From assembly GCF_048593235.1 (NCBI RefSeq), contig NC_133619.1, forward strand, positions 313,920,454 through 313,984,453: a DNA stretch of 64,000 nt, given 5' to 3'. Below the pieces are notes generated by a model, which did no database searches, had not been told where the DNA came from, and saw only the letters and a program-made list of their open reading frames with translations. A program made the translations under genes and the position numbers. Below, piece after piece: positions 26,160-39,946 of the stretch (its first letter is position 1; every line of letters starts with the position of its first letter). Source of the DNA: Sminthopsis crassicaudata. Taxonomy: Eukaryota.

Positions 26160-27170
26160 ATATATGATCAGTAAACATGTTTTCCACCATTAGGAGAATA
26201 TTCATTGGAGAGTTTAAATGGAAAAAAGATTCCCTATAAATGATGAAGTCTTCCAGATGCTCTTGTTTGCAAATGACATTGCATTGATTGCATCAAGTCT
26301 CATATCTTGCAAATCCTTTTAAATTATATTCATAATCTCTCAAGGGAATCTGATGTAACCACTCACATAAAGTAAACCCATTAGATCAAAAAATCCTATT
26401 ATCCAGGTAATGAAATGTAGCTAGGTGAATAGGTTCATCCATCAGTATGTGCATTCACATACATATATATTTACATATGAACATTTATGTATACACACAT
26501 ATGTATGCAAATACACACACACCAGGCACTGTGAAGGAACAATGAGCTGGTACCAGAACTGAAAAGGACTAGATTACTTCATATGTCAAATGGAGTAGAA
26601 ATGGAGTCCATTAAACCATTCATTCATAGAAATCCCTATGGGCCTCACATTGACTCAGAAAACCACATAATCTATGTTTTATTGTATTTTTAATATATCT
26701 CAATTACATTTTAATCTGCTTTGGGCCATATTTGAGTATGTTGCTGACTACAATGTGGCCCATGGGGCCAAAGTCTGAAATTTCTGGGTTAGCCTGCATT
26801 TGGGAAATCATACAGTGTTTTTAATGACACATCTAAGTTTCTCTCAGAAACAAAGGTACACATTTTAAAAATATTAATAATCATCCAATAATGCTTATAG
26901 ATATCAATCATGGAATACCAATCTTTAAAGAATTGAAGCTGTAAGTCAAAGGATAATAGAAAAGTGTGTAGTAAATAGAGAGAGATTGCAACATGTTATT
27001 AATGAGAATTTGCAGAGAAGAAGTGGTATAAAGAAGATACATCAGAAAGATGTATGGAAGAAAAGATAAGCTAGTTCCATCGTGAGAGTGAGAGGTAACA
27101 GATAGGCAGTCTTAATATTTCAATGATATTCATGCAATGTCAATCGATCTAGAAGGCATCCAGTGCATGT
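26160..27170 (+). mobile_element. Decayed RTE-clade LINE, probably interrupted by a DNA-transposon fragment (~26570-26790)
   Basis: 26257 onward reads MLLFANDIALIAS, a degenerate RT LFADD motif; downstream text resembles RTE 3' regions. Confidence 0.65.
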
Positions 27171-28640
27171 ATAAGATAATGTAAACAAGTGGAATAGGTT
27201 GAGAAGCACAGTGATGGGTACCTGGTACTGTGGGCATTCAATAAACATTTGTGGACTGATTACTTATAATCTACACAATGATACTCAATTTTATACATTC
27301 TCTAGTTTCAATAGCTGGCTATGTCTTTTTTTCATTTTCTAAACAATCCATTAAGTGTCTCCCATGTGAAGTCAGTGGATTAGATGCTGCATTTACAAAG
27401 ATGAATGCAATCCCTGACAAAAGACTGGTGGTGGAGCTGACTCAAAGATATCCAGCATAGTGGAGAGAATTAGAATGAGAGGACCTGGATTCAAATTTTC
27501 ACTCTGCCTCTTACTACTTTGGGACCCCAGTCACAGGGTAATTGATTTCGAACCAGATCCTAGATTTAAAGCCATTCTATCCAACCCCTCACATTTACAA
27601 TAGAACTGAGGTCCAGAGATTATGAATGATTTGATCTGTCACAGAGCTAATAAATATTAGATCTAGGAATAAGACCTGGGTCTTCTGGACTACAAGTCAA
27701 ATAATTTATTTTGCCATGCTCCAATAAATAATTTAATCTAAGACTTAGCTTCCTCATGTGTAAGATGATGGGGTCAGAGTAAATTATTAAAATCAAAAGT
27801 TCCTTCCATCTCTTGATCTTTGACCAATACCAATCAATAGCTTGCTGACATAACCAGTGAAAGCTGCCAGATGTGCTACAAGAGTACTTAGTTCAATTCT
27901 GGCTAACATTGTAGCACTGGGCCTATTTCTCCCCCTTTAGTCTATAGAGAGTGGTGATTGTTTTAGCAGGGTTTTTTTTTTTTTGGCCTTCATATTCTAA
28001 GCACTTAGCACAGTGCCTGGAACACAGTAGGTACTTCATAAATGTTTACTGACTAATCATGAAATAAATAATCATTGCCTACTGGGAAATCCAGGTGCTG
28101 ATGGGGTGAGTCTAGAAGTAGCCTCCAGCACAGTGATGCCCATCAGTGGGGGAAACTAAGTGTGAAATTGCCTGCTTTTAAAATCAAAGCAATTTTAAAA
28201 ACCTGAAATTATGTTTCAGAAATATCAATTTAGCTCTTTCCATATGTTGAATCTTATTAGCCACCCCAAGTCAAGTACATATTATAGTTAATACTTGAGG
28301 AATTAAGAGTACAATTATTTTGTTGAAAATCAAAGCCTCTTTGTTTTTGGGATTCTGGCCAATGTATATTGAGATGGAAAAAGACAATAAAGGGGATAAA
28401 ATTAAGAGTAGAAGGGAGAAGAAACAGAGAGAAAGAAAAAGAGAAAGAAAAGAAGTAAAGGGAGATAGAGATCATAAAATACATTTTGGGTTTTTTGGTT
28501 TGTTTTCTGGCATTCATTTAATGCTCAAACTTAAAAACATGTTTTACGATCATCATGTGAAACTTTTGAAAAATTATGACTAATACTGACTAGAATGTTA
28601 GAGCCTTGATAGTGTATTTGTCATATTATGTACATACAAC

Positions 28641-28822
28641 CTTAGTTCTATTGCAGAAAGCAAACTGCTTTCATCTCTATCATCTTTAACTGACTTCTGC
28701 ATAAACTCCATCAAGACCTCAAATCCTACTTTCTGGTCCATATCCAAACTCTTCAGACTTCCTTCTGTCTTTGAATAATTACTGACAATATCATCAGTGG
28801 CCCAATGGAGATCATGAAGAAG
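28641..28822 (-). CDS. MORC1: MORC1 linker exon LLHDLHWATDDIVSNYSKTEGSLK...DDRDESSLLSAIEL (3' boundary uncertain: 28641, 28638 or 28634)
   Basis: Acceptor aaattatag, phase 0; at least 60 open codons; TEGSLK resembles recalled human TEGCLK, and DESSLLSAIEL resembles DENTSDSDIIL. The donor choice is ambiguous (see findings). Confidence 0.75.
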
Positions 28823-29507
28823 CTATAATTTTTAGCAATATTATTCTTATGACCTTCATCATTCCCATAGCATTGGCTGAGTCCAATGAATTCACAAAAG
28901 AGCTAATGAAAAAAAAATGGCTTCAAGATGGTGCTATGGGTTGTTAGGTTTACTTTTATCATGCCTTAAAGTTTACAAAATATTTCCTTCATAGCAACCT
29001 TGTGAGTTTGGTAGCAAGCCCCCAAATGCATCTGTCTGTAGTAATTTGCCCATTTTTTGGAAGTCTTGTCATGAGGCTTTTGAAAAATGTGTGTGTAAAA
29101 ATTTCTGCAGGCAAGGAAAATAAAATCAATTCAATTCACTTCAACAAGCATTTATAACACATCTGCTAGATGCCAGGTATTGGAATAAATAGGCACTAGG
29201 GAAAAAACAAAAACAAAAAAATACTTTCTTCCCTCAAGGAGAGGAGTAGTTGGGGATACAGAAAAAATAAAGTAAAAAGCAATTATGGGCAAGGGTTATA
29301 AAATTAAGAGGAACATCACAAAGTGGCATCTGAATGAAATTGGGAATTGCAAAAAAAAATGAATGAATGAATGAAAAAAAAAAAGCATTTACCAAGTATT
29401 CACCACTATGCTAAGCACTGTAAATACAACTACAAATTCCCATAGTCTGGGCCTTCAAAAGGCTTACATTCTTATAGTAAGATATAACACATATTTCATT
29501 CATCTAT

Positions 29508-29651
29508 TTTTTTTTGCTGAGGCAATTGAGGTTATGTGACTTGCCCAGGATCACAAAGCTACAAAGTGTTGAGTGTCTGAGGCCACATTTGAACTCAAGT
29601 CTTCCTGACTTCAGGGCTGGTGCTCTATCCAATGTACCATCTAGCTGCCCC
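29508..29651 (-). mobile_element. WSINE1-type SINE
   Basis: tttttgctgaggcaattgaggttatgtgacttgcccaggatcac...tttgaactcaagtcttcctgact...ctagctgcccc. Confidence 0.85.
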
Positions 29652-31899
29652 AACATATTTCAAAAGGTGGAAGTGAGGAGTAAAACAGCCATAGCATAGG
29701 AGAAAGTTTGTTCAAAAGCACAGAAATTGAAGAAATGATGTGCATGAGGACCAGCAAGCATACCACAAATTGGCTAGAATGTAGTATGTGAGAGGGAGCA
29801 ATGTGAGATAAAGATTGAAAGATGAAATCCAGAGCAAAAAGCATTTTAAATGCCAAACAGAAGTGTTTATAATTTTATCCTAGAGGCAAACTTCTTGAAC
29901 AAAGGAATGATATGGTCATCCCTAAAGGTTGAGTTTGTGTCCATCTGCCCTGAACAAATAAAGGTACCATAAAACAGAGGTCTAAATCCAAATCAATTAA
30001 AAACAAAAACATAAACATTGGATTATCACTTGTTTATAAGTCAAGAGCCCTGTCTTGAGAACATCAATGGACATATTGTAGGAATTCATTCAGTGCCAGA
30101 GCAATCTGATCTACCACCCAATAAGTTCAGTAACTCACAGGGTTTTTTATATATACACACACACACCAAAGAAATATCAGTTAGCTAGGGGAGATGGCAA
30201 GGGCTGCTCCATCAGAAAGATGTTGAAAATTCCAATTTTAAAAATCCCTTCCACCAAGATGAATGAATGCATGTGCAATGAAAAATAGTACATTTATCAC
30301 TCTGACTTGGATCTTCTTGTGCGTGACATATGAGGCAACCATTCTTGCCAACTTTTCTAATTTATTGTCGGGCTGGTGATTTCATCCCCTTAGTCTTCCT
30401 GAGCTGTGAAGTTCTTTTCTTCAAGTTAATCATTCACTTTCACCACCATCTGTTGCTGTTTGACTACCAAATTTTTAGGGACAGCCAGATTTCTGGACAG
30501 TTTTCTCTCCCTAAATAACCCTAGGCTAATGGCTGTTCTCTGCTCCTTCTCTGGCATATCTCTCAATGCTTGAAAGGATTTTTCTTAATCAAATTCTGTA
30601 GTTTCCTTTTCATGGTTCCCATGAGGTGTGGTGTGGTAAGTAACCAGGTTGCATCATCTTTTGGGGGTACTCATTGCACCCAACCCATCTCTGATTTTAG
30701 AAAAGATAGTGCTCAAAAACTAAATTGTTAGCTAAGGCAAGGTTTAACAGCCACATTATTAAATGCCAATAAACAGGGGGTTTGTAATCCAAAGGGTGAC
30801 AGACCCTTAATTACAGGAGCACTATTAGGCACAGCTCTGATAGGAGCAGAAGTTGTAAAACAGAAATATAATGGCCTTTACCTGTCAGTAGCAAGAATGC
30901 TTACTAAAGCATTGTGAAAGGAAGAAAGCATAAGGCTTATGGTCAGTGGATTAAACATTTAGAGCCAGAAGGGACCTTAGAAGCTATTGAGTCTAACTTA
31001 TTTTTGAGAAGTGAAAACAAAGGATCATGTATCTGCTTCCTGTCTCTAAGTATAGTGTTGCATTCCAAATGGTGGTGATAAAAATTTAAAAGTGAGCTTA
31101 GAAATGCTATAGACTTAAAAGGAAGCTTCAAACTTCTTAAGGGCAGATGGTGGCTCAGTGTAGAGAGTGGTAGGTCTGGAATCAGGATGATCTGAGTTAA
31201 AATCTGAACTCAGATACTTAACTGGCTTTGAGATCCTAAGAAAGCCACTAAACATATTTCTGCCTCAGTTTCTTTAATTTTAAATGGGGATAACAATAAC
31301 CCCTACTTCACAGGATTGGGTGAAAAGCAAATGACTTAATATTTCTAAAGCATGTGGCACAGTGCCTAGTACAGTAAATACTTAATAAATGAATATTCTT
31401 TTCCTCCTTTCCCTTGAGGACAGAGTCCTTTCCCCAATTCATCATTAATATTGATCATGACACTTATTAGGTCCTCAGTATTCATTCAATTAAGTCAGAG
31501 AAAGGACTGAGCAGTGATTTTTTTTTTTTTTTTTTTTTTGGTATTAGGAAAACCCAGAAATGGAAACTCTTTTTACTAAAGTAAATCATTGTTATTTTTT
31601 TTTTTTGCAGTTTATAGTCAGTATATTGCCTAGGGCACTGAGAAATCAAATGATAAGCCCAGGATCATACAGCTAGTATGCTATAAATGGGCCTTGAGCT
31701 TAAGTCCTCCTAGTTTTGGGGCTAGCTCTCTGTTTTATACCATGTCATATTTCCTCAGGACTAACACAAGTTAAACATACATGTTAAACCCGTATTATGT
31801 GCTAGGCTTTGGTATACAAAGACAAAAAAAGTAATAGTTTCTGCCCTCAAATAGGTCACCATTTACTAGGAGAGACCTAACAACTACATTCATAGAGAT

Positions 31900-32125
31900 A
31901 CAGTGCCAGGCCTGGAGTTAGGAAGATTCCTCTTCCTAAGTTCAAATCTGGTCTCAGACATTTAGTAGCTATGTGATAATGGGCAAGACATTTAACCCTG
32001 CTTGTCTCAATTTTACTCATATGTAAAATAATCTGAGAAGGAAATGGCAAATCAATATCTCTGCCAAAAAAAACAAACAAAAAAACACCAATGGGGTCAT
32101 GGAGAGTCAGCTACAAACAAAACAA
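31900..32125 (+). mobile_element. MAR1-type CORE-SINE
   Basis: ggagttaggaagattcctcttcctaagttcaaatctgg...gagaaggaaatggcaaa...ggggtcatggagagtcag. Confidence 0.75.
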
Positions 32126-32279
32126 AATAAAATTTATACAAATAATATAGCTTAAAATATTGCTGGGTGAAAGAAAGATCCAAAATCTTCTAAGATTTGT
32201 AAGAGAATATTTATTTTTACAAGAACAAGTCCCTTAGGGAAGGTTAATTACAAATAATGCTTCCATTTTTTTCTTTTCA

Positions 32280-32905
32280 CTCTCTTAACTGTCTTGTCAC
32301 CTGACTTCTGACCTTATCATTCTACTAAAATTGCTCTTTCCATAGTTATCAATGATCTCTTAACTGCTAAATTCAATGCTCTTTTATCAACCCTCATCCT
32401 TCCTGAATTTTCTCCACCTGCTGACAGTATTGAATAATCTTTTCCCTTTCTCCAAACCCTCTCTTCTCTCCTCTTCATAATGGGACTTTCTCTTAGCTCT
32501 TTCCCACCTCTCTGGCCACTGCTAAATTCCCTTTGCTGCATCCAGGTTACATATGTAAGCATCAGTGTCCCCATGTCTTCTTCTTTTTTACCTTTATGAT
32601 GTTTTGTTGGGCTATTTCCTATGTATATTCAGTTATTATCTTTGTGCAGACAATTTTCAGAATTATTTTATAGCTCTAACCTCTCTTTTAATAGTTCCAG
32701 ATTCATATTTTAACTACCTACTAGGCACAGGAAGTCTTGTAGACATCTTAAATTCAACATGTTATATACTGAACTCAACATCTTTCCCACAGTATCCTCC
32801 TTTCTAACTTTCTTATTTTTGCTGAAAGAACCATCACCTTTTCAGTTACCTATGCTCACAGCCTAGGGGTGTGTGTGTATGAATGTATGTTCTCTCTCTC
32901 TCTGC

Positions 32906-32947
<42 letters not shown>

Positions 32948-33320
32948 ATTTATATTTCTATCTATGCTTGCCTGCCCGTCCATCTATTTATTTATCTATA
33001 TTTGTACATAGTTTACTTATCTATCTATATCTGTACATAGTTGTTTACTTATCCATTTCTCTATCTCTCTATATTTATACATAGTTGTTTACTTATCTAT
33101 CTATATCTGTACACAGTTGATTAATTATCCATCCATCTATTTATCTAAATTGTACATAGGTGTTTACTATCTATATCTGTACATAGGTGTTTACTATCTA
33201 TATCTGTTCATAGCTGTTTAATCATCCATCTATCTTTGTACATAATTGTTTACCTATCTATCTATATCTGTACATAGTTGTTTATATGTTGTCTTTCCCA
33301 TTAGACCATGATATCCTTGA
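32280..33320 (+). mobile_element. L2 LINE fragment containing microsatellite and minisatellite expansions
   Basis: ctaaaattgctctttccatagttatcaatgatctcttaactgctaaatt...; ends tacatagttgtttatatgttgtctttcccattaga. Confidence 0.7.
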
Positions 33321-33519
33321 GGGTAGGGTTCCCCCCTTTTTGTCTCAAACCAGACTGTCATGTTATTTCTTTGCCATTTCTAAACTACTCTATCTTGTGT
33401 ATACTATCCCCACTTCTAGCTCCCTTTTATCTATAATCTTCCCCTAACAGAATGTAAGTTCTTGAGCTTACTTGGTCTTTTATTTAGTACTTAATTTAAT
33501 GCCTGACACCTGGTAAGCA

Positions 33520-34125
33520 CTTAAATGCCTCTGAATTGGACCTTAGAAGAAGAAATGGCTCTCAACTAGCAGAGATAAGTAGAAATATTATTTCAGGTAA
33601 CTTGCAAGAATATTCAAAGGAAGAAGAGTTCAGAATGCAAGGTAGTCAACAACTGTCCAAGGGAAAGAAGAGATCTACAAACACTTGTAATGATAGATAC
33701 AGTTGGAGTAATAAATCTGAGCCAAATGGAATATGGACAGTTAGAATTACTGCTTCAGATTCAGGTGACTAAAATCAGAAGGAAACAGAACCAAAGTTTT
33801 CAGATTTGTACCCAGAGAGGACTGTGAGGACTGAGTGTGGATCACAACATAATATTTTCACTTAGTTGTTGTTGTTTTGATTGCTTTTTGTTTTCTTTTT
33901 CATTTTTTTTCCTTTTTGATCTGATTTTTCTTGTACAGAATAAGTGTCAAAATATGTATAGAAGAACTGAATATGTTTAACATATATTGGATTACTTGCT
34001 GTCTAGGAGAGGGGGTAAGAGAAGGAAAGGAGAAAAACTTGGAGCGCAAGGTTTTGTAAGGGTGAATGCTGAAAACTATCTTTACATGTATTTTGAAAAC
34101 AAAAAGCTATTATTTAAAAAAAGAA
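33520..34125 (+). mobile_element. L1 3' fragment
   Basis: cccagagaggactgtgaggactgagtgtggatcacaac...gcaaggttttgtaagggtgaatgctgaaaactatc, a typical marsupial L1 3' UTR. Confidence 0.75.
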
Positions 34126-37100
34126 GACCAGCTAGGTTTTATCTTTTTATATGAGAACTTTTCCGAATAGCTCTCTAGCTGGTAGTTCTCTCCATCTCAA
34201 ATTATCTTGTAATTAGTTAGTTTGCACTTATTATTTTGCATTTAATCTGTACAAAGTTTTGTAGTACACTGTATATGTATGACTTGTCTTTTCCATTTGA
34301 ATGTTAGTTTCTTGCATATAAAGATCATTTTATTCTACATTTAGGCTCCCCAGAATCTAACACGATGCCTGGATCCTAGTAGGAGCTTAATAGATGCTTC
34401 TTGATTGACTGACATACAAATGGGAATTATTACCAGAAAGTTAGAAAAAAAGCAGTCAGGTTAAGTGGTCACTTTGTTCATATGTATAATTCAAGAACAA
34501 GTGTTGACGTGCAAAATGGGAATCTGGCCAATAGGAGTAAGAAAAATGATGAAAAGACATTCTGAGGAAAAAGAAGTCATGCATGGTCAAGTTGTGGATA
34601 AGGAAAGATAGCCACAGACTTGGTGCCAAATGGAGTAATGAGGGCATAGTGGATCAGACTACATTGAAAGGGATTAAAAAATCCTTTTAAAAACTTTGTT
34701 TCCCTGACAATTCTTTAATCTCTTCGATGCATCTGAAATGGAAGCTGAGTTCCTAGGAGGAAGCTTACATGAGGCCAAAAACCATAGTTGGAGCACTTGG
34801 GTACCATTTGTGATGAAGCTTTGAAAATGATGGCTTGTGTGAGACAAAAAAAACCACACACAAAATAACACCAAAAATTCAGCTTCATCAAACAGGATCT
34901 GGGAGAAAGAGGAGTTGGCTAATAAGAGGAAAAAAAAAAACCTAGCATCAGTGATTGCTAGAAGCAAATGGAAGCTTAAAGCTAGAATATGGACCTCAGT
35001 CCTTGAGGCATGAATGATAAGAGTAAGAATGAAGGAAGCATCAGAAAATAATTGGGAAAAAATTCACTTCAATACAAAGTCAGAGCCAAGAAGCACAGGT
35101 AGATTGTTCAATCAAGAAGAAAAGAAATAAGCATTTCTTTTTGGTCCAATTTGTATAAAATTGGCATACTTATAAAACACTCTATGTATGTATGTACTTG
35201 TCTTTGTCATTTGACTCTTAGCTGCTTGTAAGGACTGTTTCATTCTTTTTATGTATAGCCCTATTATTTTTTAAGAAAAAACTGACCAGGTGGCTGATAT
35301 AATTTTAAGTATTCATGCAAATATGAAAAGAAATCCATGTCATAATTATTTTTCTTCATATAGTGCTTATTCAGAATTTTTTAAAAATTTAACTTTCATA
35401 AAATGTTGCAAGACTTTTCAATAAGAGGTATAGTGGGTAAGAGGAAATATAAGAGGTAAATAATGTTAAGTTACAAAAAATTAAAAATGATAAAATAGCA
35501 ATTATTTCTGGCTGGAATTTCTTGCAGTGAAAGCCAAGAGTCAAAGTGTGACTTTAGATACACAGTGTCTTTCCAAATTAATTAGACACCATTAAACTAA
35601 AAAATAGACTGAATGGTAGGATTGCAGAGACATATATAAACTGCATTATAATGAAAAAAATGGCAAGTACTTAAAAATAGAAGCAATTTTAATACAATAA
35701 GCTGGGTGAATGAATCCAGCATCTGAGATCCACTGAGTGTACAAGGCTAAGAGAGGTGTCAAAGCTACATTTATCTTAAAAATCAAAGAAATATTTGGAA
35801 TCCTCTAAATGGCAGGGGATAGTTAAAAATAAGTTCTCTGCTCTAAAAAGATATCAAAGAGGAGAAATAGTCTAGAGGCGCTGTTTGTAACTTTATGCCT
35901 TGTATCCCTTTTGACAGAAAGAGTGATACAATGGAGAGAAAGTTTGTCTGGGAGCTAGAAAGATCAAATCTCCACCTCTGGGATATATTTTCTGACATAC
36001 ACCAAATATTTTAGGTGTACTTAATCAAATTCTCAGAGCTCTAATAATTCTCTAAATAGAAGATGCAATTCTATATGGGCTGAGGGAGTTTTCTCATGAG
36101 AACTTCCTATACCAATGAAGTCACAGGTTCAAACACTATATGCATCCTCTTTCTTTTGACACTAGAATAAATGGAGTTCCTTTCAAATATGGGTGTTTCT
36201 AGGCTTCTACATGGTTCAGCTTGATTTTCTTTTTTTTTAGTGTGAAGATGTTTTAATGGATGAATTTCTTCTTTTCTCTTTCTCCAAATTACAAATAATT
36301 TTCTCATATGTCTGCCTTTATGACAGAATTTTCTCCAGGTCTCTAATCCCTAAAATATGACTCCAAATCATGAGTCTTATGACAATTATTTCTTTCTGGG
36401 ATACACGCATTAGTCTCAAATTGTAAGACAATAAAAAGCATATGGATTCTGCAATTTATAAAAGGCTAAAATCCCTTTTCTCTAATATTTTCTTATGAAG
36501 TCAGCATTCATTATCTTTAAGATTGTACATTGAATCATGTAATTATTTAAAGAAACATTCATCACAACTTACCAAGATTTTCAACGAAATGTTATTTTCA
36601 TGGTACTCATTTGGAAGCAGGGTTTAATTCAGCAACCAAAAGAATGGATAGGTATTAATAGAAATAGATTAAGATTACCCAAGTACACTGGGAACCCATT
36701 ATTCAGTACTCTGTTTCAAGTTACATGCCCCTTTTATCACTGTCATCTTAAGCTCTATAATGGAATAACTGGATTGAATAAGGACAACTGGATCCCGACT
36801 TCATAGTTGTATCTCTTCCACTGAATTGGTGAATCCACTTTCCTTAGATATAAAAAAAATGGATAATACCATAGATTGCCTTAGGAGATAATGGGTTCCC
36901 TCTCATGGAAAATATTCAAGCAGAGTAAAATGGTCTCTTGTAGGGTGTTTGCAGTTATGGTTCAGTTATATCACCAACTCTCTGTGAGCACATTTGAGGT
37001 ATTCTTGACAAATATACTGAAATGTATTCTTTACAGATCTTATCCAGCTCATTTTATAGATAACTGAGACAAATAGAGTGAAGTTATTTGCCCAAAGTCA

Positions 37101-38299
37101 CACAGCCAGGGAAATGTCTGGGGCGGGATTTGAACTCAGAAAGAAGAAACTTCCTGACTTCAGCCATGGAGCTTGGTAAATTGTACCACCTAGATATTTC
37201 CGTATTGCAATAGGATCCTCATTCCCTATATGAATGGCTGATAAGATCCCTTTTAGATAAAAAGTTCCATGGCTTTTGCTAACTTCTAAGAAACTTTCTA
37301 ACTCTAGGATTTTATGTTATCCTGAAACTAAAATAAAATAGTTTTAACATTTCACTTACTATAATTAAATCTGGGCCACTGTTATCTTCATCTTCAATTA
37401 TACCTTTAGAATCCTTACCAACCCCTTCAGGAGACTTTCTTTTCACTTTCCAAGAAGATACCTACAAAATGCATTAAAACAAATATAAAAGAATTTTTCA
37501 CTTTTATGCTTTTTTCCTATGGCGCAGATGCCAATTACACAGCTGTCATTTGAGTCATTTATTTCTTTTTTCAGCAAATAGGCACTGTGTGCCTCTTAGG
37601 TGTATGATATTCAAGATACTCTATTAGATGTAAAGAAGGGTAATCTAGTCCTTACCCCTTAAGGAGTTCAAAATCTTGTTGAGAAGACAATACTTAACCA
37701 CAAAAAAGCCAAGTAACAATAAAAGATGATACTATCTTAACTGTTGCATGGCAGCGCACACTAAATTATAAATGAATAGTGTGAAAAGTATTAAGAATTC
37801 AGATGAAGGAGATGACCAATAAAACACCTTTCAACTTTAGCATCTAATGGGAAAAGTGTGAGACATGAAGCCAGGAGAGATTTGTGTTTGAATTTCATTT
37901 TGAAAACTTAGTAGCTTTGTGAATATAGGTAAGACATTTTCTTTTCTCAGATTCAGGCTCCTCCTATATAAAATGGGTGCAATAATATTTTGCAACACCT
38001 GCATCATAGATGTTGTTAGGATAAAATGAGATTTTTTTAAAAGCATGTAAAGCAGTTTGAAAGCTTTAAAGTGTAATTTAATATCATTGGTGATGATGAT
38101 GAAGAAAAAGAGGAAAAGTTTCATGATGAAAGTATAATTTGAGCAAAGCCATGAAGGGGATAAGATGAAAAGAAGCAGAACAGAAGAGGGAATTTCAGGC
38201 AGTAAGAATAATTAAGCAAAGATTTGGAAATGGGAACTAACTCAAGACACTGAGAGGATGGTAAATAGGTAGTAACTACAACTAGGTCTTTGGATGTCA

Positions 38300-38825
38300 T
38301 GGAATAGAGAGAAATGGAGGAGGATGAAGAAAGGGAAGAAAACAGAAGATAAAGGAAGAGAATAAAAATAAGTAGAAAAGGAAAAGGAAAGGTAGAGGAA
38401 GAGAAGGAAAAAGGAAGAAAAAAGGAGAAAATGAGGGAAGAAAGAAGAGAAAAGAAAAAGAGAAAAAAGATGAAGAAAAGGAAGTAGAAGAGGAGGAGGA
38501 AGAGGAGAAGAAAAAAGAAGAAAAATAAGAGGTATAGAAGGACAAGGAGAAAAAAGAAGAAAAGGAAGGGAGGGAAAGGAGGAATGAGAAGAAAGGAGGA
38601 AAAAGAGGAGAGAGAAGGAGAGGGAAAAAAGAAGTAAAAGGAAGAAGATAAGGAAAAAGAGGAAGGGGAAGAGAGGAGGAAAAAAGGAGATAGAGAAGGA
38701 GGAGATAAAGGAGAAATAGTAGAAGAAGAGAGGAGAAAGAAGAGAGGAGGAAGAGGAAGAAAAAGGAGGAAGAAGGAAGAGAGAAAGAGGAAGCGGAAAA
38801 GGAAGTAGGAGAGAAGAGGAGGAGG
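38300..38825. repeat. ~520-bp polypurine (GA-rich) low-complexity tract
   Basis: Almost only A and G on the + strand; explains ORF 38297-38830. Confidence 0.95.
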
Positions 38826-39946
38826 CTCACAGTAATAAAGTACTTTAAGATTTATAATATCTCACTTGACTCTTTTAACAACTTTATGAGGATAGTGCCA
38901 TTATTATCCCTGTTTTACAGATAAGGAAACTGAGCCTGGGAAAGGTTTAGGATCATACAAATAGTGTTTAAAACTGGATTTCAGTTTAGGTGTTCTTGAC
39001 CCCAGGCCCAGCCCACACCTAAAGAGCATGAACTTGATCTTCCTCTATACTGGGGAAGCTTTCTGACCAGAATGACATGATGAAATATTGTTTCAGGAAA
39101 GATTAGCTGATTAATTAAGTTAATTTCCTAAAGTGCATAATTCAGGATTTATATTAGATTTTTAAATTCATTGCACAATTTTCTTGTAGCATATATGCCT
39201 TTCTATTACAATAATCACTCACTTTAATGTCACATTTTGAAGTTTACAAATCACATTCTTTATAATAATCTTGTGACATAAGTCATGCAAATATTATCAT
39301 CATCTGACAGATGAGAAAATTGAGATTCAGAGCAGTGGGATCATTTGCCTATGGTCACACAGCTAGTAAATATTAGAGCATGTATGCAAACCATTCCTTG
39401 ACATCCTACTAATCCTAATTTTACTTTGCTTAGATTAATGTCACAATTAATTTTAATTTCTCTATCACACTGTGGTAGTGAAGAAGGTGCCTGGAGTTAT
39501 AGTCACTGACTAGGAAAGTAAAAAAAAATCACCAGATACTTCATAAATCAGATATTCTGCACAAAAGTCATTAAGAATTGGCACTACTTCAATTAAGATC
39601 TGAGTAAAATTAAGTTAATTTGTCAAATGATATTAAATAGTCTAACTATCACAAGTTATACCTCATTTCCATATTTTCAACAGTAAAAGATCTGTTTTTA
39701 GAAGAAATAGGCTGATAAATGTTTCAATGAGTATTTATTGATTTTTAAAATTCAATTTTATTTTATTTTCAGCTCTGCATTCTTTTTACCTCCATCTCTG
39801 CTACTCCTTCTCTAGCCTCCTCCCATTGCAATTGAGAAAGAAAGAAAAATCACGTATAGTCCAACAAAACAAATTTCCACACTGGCTATATCCAAATAAT
39901 ATAAATATTTATGTACATGTGCTGATTGAACTAAGTTCACTCACTG

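Noticed and set aside
37745-37775. ggcagcgcacactaaatt loosely resembles the U6 snRNA 5' end.
   Set aside because: The match is too short and stops at once.
38297-38830. 177-aa ORF, plus the long ORFs at 3850-4275, 21393-21938 and 54668-55351.
   Set aside because: Produced by low-complexity tracts, L2 remnants or N gaps; not real genes.
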